Below, piece by piece: positions 26,580 through 38,779 of a DNA stretch of 64,000 bases. The translations under genes and the position numbers were made by a program. The notes under the pieces are model-generated. The model saw only the letters and a program-made list of their open reading frames with translations, was not told the DNA's origin and made no database searches. Numbering within the stretch: the first letter of the stretch is position 1; each line of letters starts with the position of its first letter. Source of the stretch: Lytechinus pictus. Lineage: Eukaryota. The stretch is from NCBI RefSeq assembly GCF_037042905.1, contig NC_087249.1:7938001-8002000 (forward strand), read 5' to 3'.

Positions 26580-27160
26580 GAGAATGAAACCCTTGAAACC
26601 AGCTGAATCCATATCAAAGAGAAAAATCAAAGAAACATATTGTTGAAAGTTTGAGGAAGATTGAATGAATAATAAGAAAGTTATGAGCATTCGAATATTG
26701 AGATCACTAGTGCCATGTAGATCCTCCCAACGGCAATGCGACCAAGATCTGTTATATCACACACGTACAACTCCCTCATTACTTTAGTACTTATTTCACT
26801 TATATTCTCACTTTTATAGAGTCTATCACAAGGTGAGGTGTTCTCTTTATGAGATGACAAGTACAGAGGTTTCACAACATTATATCATTGATAAATCGTT
26901 TGTCATATGATTAGAATTAGCAAAAAGAGATGTTTTGGGGTATATTTTCAGTGTCCAAATGGGAGAGTTGTACGTGTGTGACATCACAGATCTTGGTCGC
27001 ATTGCCAATGGGAGGATCTCCATAGCATTAGTGATCTCGACATTCAAATGCTCATAACTCTTTTATTGCTAGTCCTATTTTACTCAAAGTTTTGTTGATC
27101 TTATTCTTTGATTTTTCTGCTTTCACAAAAGCTAACTCGCTCCAAGAGTTTCATTCTCCT
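26580..27160. mobile_element. Kolobok-like MITE, near-identical to 62958-63541 (left end slightly truncated)
   Basis: gagaatgaaacccttg ... gagtttcattctcct|ttaa; sequence matches the copy at 62958-63541 almost throughout. Confidence 0.8.
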
Positions 27161-30100
27161 TTAATATTTCGTGACAGGTACCCATGTAGCGTGGGCAGCA
27201 CCACGGATTACATGTGGACAAGCGATCAAAGTCGACGAATGGCATCCACGGATGAAGTACACCCTGGAAGAGATCCAAGTTTCGAAAGTAGCTAGCTCCT
27301 TGGTTCTACCCTATGTTTCGTCAGCATCAAGAGTCGCGGTTTGTGTACCGCCAGGTAATAATGTGCAGAATTTGTTGTGTTTAAAACTTACATTAAAAGA
27401 AAAAAAATGCGTTCCTGAAACACGCTCGTCTACTCCCTCACATTTCATTCATTAACTATGCATTTTGTTATTTTTAATATTTTGTCAAAATGTTTACAAT
27501 ATCCATTATCATGGAATCATTCGATTGATTTGATCTTACTTTTCTTGTATGTTTATAGAGATGTGAAATAAATGAATGATTGCTTGATAAACAAATAACG
27601 TTTGGTTTTCGGAGTAATGTTGGATTGCTTTTCTTTACTGAACGTACCACTTCACCCGTTTAACCAGCCGTCAGTGCCCTGGGAATGATTTTTTTTACTG
27701 GCGCTGCTGATGTAAATTTGACAAGCAAAAAAGGGGGGTTCAATAATAAAAAACGGTTTTCCATACAAAATAAAGGTCATTTTGGTTATTTTTTCCATTT
27801 TGTCACACCTTCCGGAATTCCAGGGGGTGCTGCCTATGGAGAATAATACACGCAGCACCCCCCCCCCCCCCGATAAAATCTTCAAGCAACCCAAGCACCC
27901 CGCATCCATGCCAGCCGATTAACAATGTCTTGAATTAAATGTGAGCTAAAATTGGTTTTTCAGATCTAGAAACAAATTATGACTGAAAGCATTTTTTATC
28001 AAAAAAATTGTGTCTATCATATCATTGACCTTGTACCAATCGAAAAAAAAAAAAGCTTTCGGTTTACTGTACACCATGGGTGGTATTCTGATAATTTAAC
28101 CTAGGTTTAACCCGAGTATAAACTAGAATTTTAATCCACCTTTCTATGGAATGCTGGCACCAGTATAATTCTTCAATATTAGTGACTATTATAATGCATC
28201 AATTAATGCATTAGATCTCATTATAGTTTTGTATTTTCCTATTCTCCCCATTTTACGATTCAATTATTTTGACAACTTTTTGCAGCAGGATAAAATGAAG
28301 TTGAATTGATGAATGGGTTTATATCTGGCATTTCATAGAATGTTGGTCTTAGTTAACCCAGGTTTAAATTAACCATTGCTATCAGAATACCATGAATATC
28401 ATATGCATTATAATACACAAATCCTTGCCTAAACGGAGGGACGCGCATGGAGGAGGATGGCGTATATCATTGTCTTTGTCCTAAGAATCTTGTTGGAGAA
28501 TACTGCCAATGTAAGTGGGAATCTTATTGTCTGTGTACAATCATTCAAATACACGATGATAATGTAATAACAATAATAACTAGATTTTAATTCGTCATGC
28601 GGACGAATTAGGTGGTCTGTCCCAAAGACCTTATAATATATTACTAGACCGAAAGCTGCGTGCGCGTTCAGCACAAAACAAATGAGATTAGGCTCCGCCT
28701 ACCGCGATCATTTGAAGACAAAAATAAGCCCTCATTGACATTCATGAGCATGAAGATATTCATAATCCGGCCTTTTCATTGGCTAAGAGCGTCATTAATA
28801 CGCGATTTCCCCGATTCTTTGCCATCGATACTAGTGGTATCGTGTTACAGAAATAATTATTCATTTGACCTCATTACGTCATCTAATTTATTCATTCTGA
28901 AACTTTTCTTTCCACACACAAAATGGACCTACGAACACTCCGGTGAGTACGTATAAATTGATATAACCACATGAATTCAGTGGACTATTTACACATTTCA
29001 CACTGTATTTTGTGATCTTAGGTTATTTCTTTAACAAATTAGAGAGTTTGCTATCATTCTTCTGTAAAAGGAAAGCAGAATTTGGTCTTTGAAATTGAAG
29101 TTAGATTGTCATCGTCGCCCAGTGCAGCCTGTATGTTGCTTGCAGTGTATTTTGTACGGCCTCCTAGCCGGCTGGGAATCGAGAGATAATCGGGCTGGTT
29201 TGGTTCACCTCCAACAAGGACCAACCCACGATTGATTAAAACAAGAAGAATGAGGCTTCTTTTTGTACACTGTAACGTTAGATCTAGAGGGAGATCTGCA
29301 TCTGTCTTCAGTAGATCGAGACTCAGTCAGGAATAAACTGTGAAGCGGAGTGTGGATTAAAATACGCCTGTCATTGACATTGTGTCAGTCCTCACTTTGT
29401 TTCAGATATCAAATTTATTTTGCATAACTTCAGGCTTCTGCATTTAGCCCCCACCATTTTAACTCATATTGTTATTCATAAATATATAGACTCGGTCTTA
29501 GAAATAGCATGCTGCTCTGCATGTTTGTCTTATTATCAATAGATCTATGACCTAAATCTTCTTAATCCTAGGCCCTACTTACTTTATACTTAGATCTAGG
29601 CTACTTTACTTTTATTTATTCATCGATGCTATCAAGAGCTAGGCCTACCTAATTAAAATCTAGTCTAACTTATACTTTCCCAACCCTCGATACTTACCCC
29701 CAGGGCTTCTGATCTAGGTCTGTAATTTAGGCCTAGATCTAGGTCTGGGCCTAAACGACTCCATTTACATGTAGGCCTACGAGTACGAGTATGACTGTCA
29801 GTGGACCAAGGAGTCGGACTAGATCTAGATCTACTCTCGGTCAATAATGGCAATGAAGTCTTAGCCAGGAATAAAAGTCAAAGTCAGACATCAAAAATTT
29901 CTAAACCGATATAGGGTTTAGAACCGAAGCTTTACTTTCTAGGTCTAGATAGATCGAGAGTCCATCGTTAGTCTAGATCTAGACCTAATTTAGATACATG
30001 AACGAGACTCAATGCTGACAGCATTGAGTCTCGTTGGACTAGATCTATACTTTCTTACAAATAGATCTAGACCTAGTGCATAAGATTATGAAATTATGTT

Positions 30101-32871
30101 AAAATCTAATGAAATAAGATTCGGAAATAAAAAGATCCAGATTTATTTTTTTTTTTTGGGGGGGGGGCAGACATGTGAAAAAAATTAGAGAAACCTAAAA
30201 TTCAGAAAGCGAGGGCCAGAAGCGACCAATATTACCTAGGGCCGTTTTGTGCATTTTCTAAAGTAAAATTGAAGGATGTCATGCAATTCTCTTTTTGATG
30301 AAGGTTTTCACATTTCAGCTCTTACCCAAACCCCTCCCCCTATACGGCCATGAAAAATATCACTTCTTATTATTGTTCTCTCCTTTCACAAACAGGTTGA
30401 GTTTGAAGAACAAGAAAAACAGTAGAGGTCTACCTATAGTATATGGTTCAAGATGATGATCATAAGTGCATGCATCATTTTGCAGATTCTCATCCAGGTA
30501 TAAAAGTTAAACTAACCCATACAAAATTACAGATACATTACATGCATTGAATGTTAACCATGTTTACATTAAATAAAAATAATCTGAGCCACAAAGAGGT
30601 AGGATCTGTAATGAATATACACTTCTTAAATATACAGGCTCTCGAGTCTAAAATAGAACCAATGCCAAAAGTTATGTACCTTGGGCAAATTTATAAAATA
30701 AGGTCATGTCCTTGATCTACTAGTAATTAAGTTGCCTTTTTATTTCCTATTTGTTTATAAACAAAGCAATATTTATTTTTCATATTTTACAAAATTCATT
30801 TTATGCATTCTTTAGTGTGATATTCATAGTTCATAGTTTTAGATTAACGTGTTTTTTTTAATCTTGTTATTTTACATTTTGTCCAATAGGATGATGCAGT
30901 TTTACAATTTCCATGGAGGTGATTGATGATGATAAATAATTGGTGAAGAAGGCCTAATAGAACAGCGACTCGACCACAAAGAGAAATACAACATACAGCA
31001 GTTATATGAGTGAGTTAATTAGTGAATATTTTTAATAATGGAGGTTGTTCACATTTTTTGGCAAGAAATAGACCTGCCTTTGAAAAACCCATTTTAATTT
31101 TGTGTTTAGATTATAGTTAGTGTCGTTTTTAATCACAGATCAAAATATTCTGTGCAACAAACATATCAACTTTAATTCTGACTATTTATATAATTTACAT
31201 ATGTTGATTCATATTCTTTTTTTATGAGAAATCTCTGGCATTTTTTCATAGAGTACATGTAGTGATAATGGAGAGTGGTATGTAAACTGCATAGAACAGG
31301 TTTAAGTGATATGCTTTATAGAAGTACAAGTTTATAATTAGTAGAAGTAAGATTTCCTGTTATGTGTTGAAGAAACATATATATGTATAGTCTCACTTTT
31401 CTTAAAACATTTAAGTTTCATAAATCACGACAATTTTAATTTAAATTCATTGATTACTTTCTCTATTTTTTCAATCTGCAGGACTGGTGTAACAGATGTT
31501 TTCATTCAAGAAATCCAACAATTCAACATTGAAGAGTCTGACTTAGGAACCACTTGATGAAGATGGAAAAGGTTTTTTTTTTCCAAGTCCAATTTTTCAC
31601 AAAAAAAAAATTATTATCACAACCCCAAATTCATGACGTATGAAATTTCTTGTTGATTTTCATTAAAACTGGTTGCAAAAGGAGAAGCTATAAACATACA
31701 AATAGGAGCGGCGGAGTGAAGTTGAAAGTGGGGGGGGGGCATAGGGAAAATGCTGTATTACATGAAATTTTTAAGAAGTTGCGAGCGAGCAAAATTTTGA
31801 CATTTTTAAAAAGAAAATCTAAAATATTCAGAATGATATATTTCACCCTTTTCTTTCATTTTCTCTTTTTTTCTTGGTCGTGATTTTTTATTTATTTATT
31901 TATTTTTTTTTTTTTGGGGGGGAAGGCAAGAGTCCTTCAAGCCCCCCTCCCCCCTCCATCTGTACGAAACTGCTTATATACCCCACTCATGAATTATTAA
32001 ACTTAATGCACAAAGGATTTCCTTCATAAGTATATTATCGAAATGAGAATATTGTTTTCTTGTTTCAAAGGGCAGTCGTCATGGTGACCATAAAACGGGT
32101 CCTTCTCAGGTGAAAGGGGCACAGAACAAGTTCTTAAGGAGCATTTTTCTTGGGTAAAAGGAGGCAGTGATTCGAGAAAGGGCACTTACAAGAAGGCAAG
32201 GGGGCACTCTTTAACACATGAAACGGGCCCTCAGATGAAAGGGCACAGAACACGTTCCGGGGGGGGGGGGCATTTTTGGGTAAAAAAAATTGCATACAAG
32301 GAAGAGCACTTGGTAACACCTAAAACAGGTTCTCGTCAGGTGAAAGGGACACAGTACACGTTCGTGAGGGGGCATTTTTCTTGCATAAAAAGGCACTTTT
32401 CAGTGCTTCAAGAAGTAGGGGGAACTGTGCCCCCCTCCCCAGGATCGCTGCCCCAGCATACAAAAAAAATATTTTGGTTCAAAGTATTAACATACGCTTA
32501 AGAAAAAGGTAAAGCTTAATCCTCTGATTATGTGATATTTTTTTATGGCTAATTAATAAAATTCACCACTAACCAGAGAATTCCTTTATGTCTTTCATTT
32601 GTGTTCATAAAGTATTTGTACAGAGCTAAAATGAAAGGGATTTGGAATTGGCAAAATTGAAAATGAGATGAAGATCGAAAGAGTGAATGAGAAGTGGGTT
32701 GAAAAGAGATGAGAAAGAAATGGAGGGGCACATATGAAGAGATAATTTAGAGGGGGTGGTAAGAGAGCTAGAATGTGGGAAGTAGGAACAAAAGGGGTGG
32801 AGGAGAAATAAGACGAGATTTATGGAAAAACCAGGAGACAGATGGGAAAAGATGAAGGAAATATATGAAGA

Positions 32872-33690
32872 GTTTAGTTGCAAAAGGGGTTAGGACTATT
32901 CCGAGAAAAACCAAGTTTTTATTTTCACTTATTGCAATATTCTTATGAGAAACTAAATTGTCATGATGTACTACTCTATCATGTGAACAGTGAACATAAA
33001 ATTGGGTATAAAAGAAATCTACCTGTCTTCAATTTTTTCTATATACTTAAAAAAAAATATCATTGTGTACATAACCCCTTTTGCAAGTAAATTGAAGTGA
33101 ATCCAATCTCTTTTGATAAAAAAAGTGATTTTTTTTTTTGCCACTTCCATTCACGTTTTCATTTGAATTTCAAATTTCCTTTGGTATCATCAGAGTGACT
33201 GAAAATTTAGAGGTTTAGAGACAGAAAACAATAAAATATATGAAAAATGGACCTAACCCCTTTGACAAATGAGTTCTGTATAGTGGTTTAGTTGCAAAAG
33301 GGGTTAGGTCCACTCCCAGAAAATAATTTTTTTTAAATTCTCCCATATTGCAATATTCTTATGCGAAACTGAATTTTCATGATACCCTACCATGAGAACA
33401 TAAAATTGGGTATAAAAGAAATCTACTTGTCTTCATATTTTTGTAGATATTATTTTCCAAAAAAGTATGTGTGGACCTAACCCCTTTTGCAACTAAACTG
33501 AAATGGACCTAACCCCTTTTGAAAAAAAGGTGATTTTTCTTTGCCATATTAGTTCAATTTCACTTTTTAATAGGAATTTCAACTTTTCTATGGTATCATC
33601 TTATATAGCTACTAAAAATCTATACATTAGGACATAAAAATCAAGTTTGATGAAAAATGGACCTAACCCCTTTTGAAAATGTGCTCTACA
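32872..33690. repeat. Dispersed repeat built from gcaaaaggggttaggtcc / ggacctaacccctttt inverted units
   Basis: Two related units in tandem. A close inverted copy lies at ~59425-60720, with a terminal remnant at ~61525-61545. Confidence 0.75.
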
Positions 33691-34902
33691 TATGTAGGAG
33701 AAAGGCGGCACAAAAGAATTTTGAGTGGGAAAATGATTAAATGGAGAAAAAAACAGAGTAAGAAATGCTGGAGAATAAAGGGGACAGGAAACGTATTAAA
33801 CATGATAATCTGGGGCCCGTTTCATCATGAGTTACAAGTATGGTAACTACGATGGTATAACCAACCAATCATAATCAAGGTTACCACGGTAATCACAATA
33901 ATTGCAATGTTTTTAAATAGCTGTAATTCATTAATTATGAAACGGACGCCAGATGAAGAAAGAACGCACGGGGATCCATGAAGATTTTTTTTTTTTGCTT
34001 CTCGAAATTTGTTTCTAACAAGAAATGTACTCTTTAAGTGGTGACAGTTCCCCCCCCCCCAAAAAAAAAAAAAAAAAAAAAACTTTTAGGTCAGTACAAC
34101 AGCCCCTTTGATCTTTCCGCGGCCTCTGCCGGCTATAATTTAGAGTTGAGATTCTTTACATTTGTTAAAAACTAAGATTGCTGCATGTATATCTTAACAT
34201 GTGACAATTTAGGGATGGCAAAAGCACTAGAGACCTCTTTACCTAATCACGACTTGATCTATTCTCAATTTCCCTTTTGGAATTGGCAAAGGCCTATAAG
34301 ACGCAATACAAACAATGCTTTGTTTTTAAGTGATATCGATTGTGATATCGATACTTTATAGAGCGCAACGTATCGTCTCAGATTTGCGCTTGCTTGATTC
34401 GCTGAATCCTTCGCGTCACGAGCGCGTAACAAAATGAATACATTAATGAATTTGCCAAGTTGACCTTTGTCATTGCGCTGATGTGCGTATTGTCTAATAC
34501 ACGTACAAAACCACAGTTGACGAGGGAGCATCGTACGAAATTAATATTAATGAGGGCTTATTTTAGCTTCTAATGGATTAAACAAAATGGCGGTAGCTTC
34601 GGGGGCTTGGTCTGTCCTTATTCTCGCCATCATGATCACTATTACCATGTTCAAGCAGATCAATATGATCTTCATGATGACAACGGAATGTTCATTATGG
34701 ATGGAATACTTGTGAAAGACGGGAGATGATAAAGCACTGTGAAAAGGGTCTCTTTGATATATGAACATACAAGTGATATGAAAAAAGTTATTATAATCTG
34801 TTAAATCTTGCTAAATTTTAACTTTCATACCTTTTAATTATCATAACGGATCATGTACGAGGTGGTAAAAAGAAAAAAAAAATGAAAAAAAAATCATCTT
34901 GT

Positions 34903-34970
34903 TCACCCCCAGGACTCGAACCTGCGCCCCCGAGAACTCAAGTCAAGTGCGTTATCCATTGAGCCACGAT
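34903..34970 (-). pseudogene. tRNA-derived (Pol III A/B box) segment inside the Helentron, copy 1
   Basis: cgtggctcaatggataacgcacttgacttgagttctcgggggcgcaggttcgagtcctggggg: A box TGGCTCAATGG and B box GGTTCGAGTCC, but no proper acceptor or anticodon stem. Confidence 0.65.
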
Positions 34971-36224
34971 ATTCCCCATAAAGATTACACGTTCCCATAG
35001 AGATTACACGTAAGCAAATTTGAGAATTACAAATCCAATTTTGCAAGCGAAAAACGGGCATGATCCTGACATCTGATCGAAAAATAGAGGGCACATTTCC
35101 GAAAGCTTAGAATCTCAGCTACATCATACCAAAAGCTCAGGGATAACTAACAAGAAAAAATGGAGATATAGCTCACGAAATAGAGGAATGTAGAATCTAG
35201 TTTTGAGAAAAAGTCATGTCCCATAGAGATTACACGTAAAATGAGGAAAAATGACATGCCTCTTTTCATCGCAATTTTACACCATGATGCGTTTTTCAAA
35301 ATGAAAATTCATGCTAACTGACGAGAAAGAGTACATTCTAACCTACAACATATTGAAATCTGGGCGACAAATGATCAATATTCACGGAGTTATGATCAAA
35401 TTTGCATAAATTTTATGACGTCATTTCTGAAAAAATGAAATTTTCAGTTTAGGCGCAATTTTGATGACGTCATGATCAAATTGAGGGACAATGGTGACAT
35501 GAAATCAAATCTACAACTCATACTCTATCGATAAATGAAAAAAAATTGGGGGTCAACGGACTGTTTAAAGAGCTACAGTGAATTTTTAATAGGCATGTTT
35601 TTTCCCATATATGGCCTATAGTAAGAGCTCGCGCGCACACGTGCTGCAAACTTTAACGGGTGTTAATTTCGTTATTAATGGTCGTAGAAGGTTGATCAAG
35701 GTATCAAATTGCTCAGAATTATATTATCAATGCAATGATATAGAAAAAACGGCGTTTCTGCGTTGCGTTGAAGGCGTTACGCGCGGAAACGCGCGCGCAT
35801 ACGTGTGCGCGCGCAAATTTTTGAAATGCTTGAAATGACCTATAACGTACTTTACTTTGGTCAAAAAGTGATTTTGAGCATTTTAAAAATTTGACTTGCG
35901 CGTACGCGCGCGTCGTGACCTCCAGGTGACTTTTGATGACATGAACTGTTGACCCTTGACCTGAAGTTGATGTGATGTTAATTTGATCGATTTTTGATAA
36001 TTGATAATGGAGATATGATCGACAATGTGATTTTACAAAATGGCGCCTGGATGACGTCATCATGACTTGATGACCTTGAAAAAGTTGATTTTACTTGAAA
36101 TCATAGAGCTTGATGACTGACAGAAATTTGAAGGAAATTGACCTTGTCGATTTCGAGTGAACGTGTGTACAAAAAAGTGTACGGAAGAAATAAAAATAAA
36201 TAAAGAATAAAGAAATAAATAAAT

Positions 36225-36799
36225 AAAGAAAATTCTGGCAAAATCAAGAGGTGATCTGTCAAAGACAGACCACCTAATAAAGAATAAAGAAATAAATAAA
36301 TAAAGAAAGAAAATTCTGGCAAAATCAATAGGTGATCTGTCATAGACAGACCACCTAATAAAGAATAAAGAATAATAAAGAAAGAAAATTCTGGCGAAAT
36401 CAATAGGTGATCTGTCATAGACAGACCACCTAATAAAGAATAAAGAATAATAAATAAAGAAAGAAAATTCTGGCGAAATCAATAGGTGATCTGTCATAGA
36501 CAGACCACCTAATAAAGAATAAAGAAATAAAGAAAGAAAATTCTGGCGAAATCAATAGGTGATCTGTCGTTGACAGACCACCTAATAAAGAAATAAAGAA
36601 TAAAGAATAAAGAAAGAAAATTCTGGCGAAATCAATAGGTGATCTGTCATAGACAGACCACCTAATAATAAAGAAGAAAGAAAATTCTGACAAAACTAAT
36701 AGGTGATCTGTCGTTGACAGACCACCTAATAAAGAATAAATAAAGAAAGAAAATTCTGGCGAAATCAATAGGTGATCTGTCATCGACAGACCACCTAAT
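36225..36799 (-). repeat. Array of 8 Helentron 5'-terminal hairpin units
   Basis: Eight copies of aaaattctggc(g/a)aaatcaataggtgatctgtc-NNN-gacagaccacctaat separated by variable aaagaat/aaat microsatellite; period ~64-81 bp. Confidence 0.9.
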
Positions 36800-36819
36800 G
36801 AAAAAAAAAATCATCTTGT

Positions 36820-36887
36820 TCACCCCCAGGACTCGAACCTGCGCCCCCGAGAACTCAAGTCAAGTGCGTTATCCATTGAGCCACGAT
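36820..36887 (-). pseudogene. tRNA-derived segment inside the Helentron, copy 2
   Basis: Same sequence as 34903-34970, within the duplicated ~1.4 kb terminal block. Confidence 0.65.
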
Positions 36888-38459
36888 ATTCCCCATAGAG
36901 ATTACACGTTCCCATAGAGATTACACGTAAGCAAATTTGAGAATTACAAATCCAATTTTGCAAGCGAAAAACGGGCATGATCCTGGCATCTGATCGAAAA
37001 ATGGAGGGCACACTTCCGAAAGCTTAGAATCTCAGCTACATCATACCAAAAGCTCAGGGATAACTAACAAGAAAAAATGGAGATATAGCTCACGAAATAG
37101 AGGAATGTAGAATCTAGTTTTGAGAAAAAGTCATGTCCCATAGAGATTACACGTAAAATGAGGAAAAATGACATGCCTCTTTTCATCGCAATTTTACACC
37201 ATGATGCGTTTTTCAAAATGAAAATTCATGACAACTGACGAAAAAGAGTACATTCTAAACTACAACATATCGAAATCTGGGCGAAAAATGATCAATATTC
37301 ACGGAGTTATGATCAAATTTGCATAAATTTGATGACGTCATTTTTGAAAAAATGAAATTTTCAGTTTAGGCGCAATTTTGATGACGTCATGATCAAATTG
37401 AGGGACAATGGTGACATGATATCATATCTACAACTCATACTCTATCGGTATATGAAAAAAAAATGGGGGTCAACGGACTATTTAAAGAGCTAGAGTGAAT
37501 TTTCAATAGACATGTTTTTGCCCATATATGGCCTGTAGTGAGAGCTCGCGCGCACACGTGCTGCAAAGTTTAACGGGTGATAATTTCGTTATTACTTGTC
37601 GTAGAAGGTTGATCAAGGTATCAAAATGCTTGAAAAAATGTGCCAAATATGATGACAGAAAAAATTTGGCGATTCTATGTTGGAAGATGCAATTACGCGC
37701 GAAAACGCGCGCGCATGTGCGTGCGCGCGTTTTTTTGCAAAATGCTTAAAATGGCCTGAAACGTATGGAAAATTAATTTGGAACGAATTTGAGCATTTTA
37801 AAATTTTAATGCGCGCGTACGTGCGCGTCGAGGTGCGCGCGCGGAATTTGATGAAATTTTTCGTTGACCGTTGACCTGAAATTGATGTATACTAAATATA
37901 GTTGATTTTTGATGACTCGTTATCGAGATATGATAATGACCTGATTTTTACAAAATGGCGCCTGGATGACGTCACGATGACCTAATGACCTTGAAAAAGT
38001 TGATTTAACTTGAAATCATAGGGCTTGATGACTGACAGAAATTTGAAGGAAATTGACCATGTCGATTTCGAGTGAACGTGTGTACAAAAAAGTGTACGGA
38101 AGAAATAAAAATAAATAAATAAAGAATAAAGAAAGAAAATTCTAGCGAAATCAATAGGTGATCTGTCATAGACAGACCACCTAATAATAGTAGTAGTATT
38201 AGTAGTGGTGGTGATAATAATACAAAAGTAACACCATTTCATGAGAAGAAAGTTCGTGCTCATGTTGAGACTAATACACCTGATATAGTTTAAAGCAAAG
38301 TCTCGAAGATTTGGATAACTCTGTGTTTGTGATGAAATAATAATGATATTGTCAATACTAAAAATAAAAATAATATCAATAACAATTATCGAGAATACTA
38401 TAGTATCCACTTCAGTTCCGAAAACTGTTCTCCGGCGGGACCTGCTTTTACATAATAGT

Positions 38460-38680
38460 GTTACTACTACTACAACTACTACGACGACGACTGCTACTAC
38501 TGTAGTACTACTGCTGCAGCTACTACTATATACTACTACTACTACTACTAATACTACTACTATACAATACTACTACCTTTTCTACGACTATTACTACTTC
38601 TACCACTACTTCTATTACTACTTCTACTATTACGACTACTACTAATATTTTATTCTTCCACTACTACTGCTGCTGCTGTC
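38460..38680. repeat. Degenerate (ACT)n microsatellite
   Basis: Runs of actactact with acg/gct/att variants. Confidence 0.9.
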
Positions 38681-38779
38681 GTTGAGATTATTATTTTCTA
38701 TTATCGTGAAATATCATTATGATAACTGTCAGTGATTAATGATGGTAAATAAATTCCATTTAAGGCCCCTTGTCTAGGG

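Larger units (their letters stand above)
28579..38185 (-). mobile_element. Non-autonomous Helentron (HINE/DINE-1-type rolling-circle element), ~9.6 kb
   Basis: 15-bp subterminal inverted repeats attaggtggtctgtc (28607-28621) / gacagaccacctaat (38171-38185). The 5' subTIR is followed by its own partial inverted repeat; the 3' subTIR is followed by hairpin aattcgtc-N5-gacgaatt and CTAGT. No TSD. The paralogous empty site at ~48160-48215 confirms both boundaries. Confidence 0.82.

Noticed and set aside
26466..27295. Duplicated small ORFs (also 63061-63261)
   Set aside because: They arise from copies of the same non-coding Kolobok-like MITE.
34903..34970. Functional tRNA gene (also 36820-36887 and the SINE heads)
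   Set aside because: A/B boxes are present but the acceptor and anticodon stems do not pair properly, and all are embedded in repeats.
36225..36799. CRISPR-like array of palindromic repeats
   Set aside because: Spacers are A-rich microsatellite rather than unique sequence, the context is eukaryotic, there are no cas genes, and the unit equals the Helentron terminus at 38140-38185.
36060..38645. Repetitive hydrophobic or Thr/Tyr-rich ORFs
   Set aside because: These are translations of the hairpin array and the (ACT)n microsatellite.
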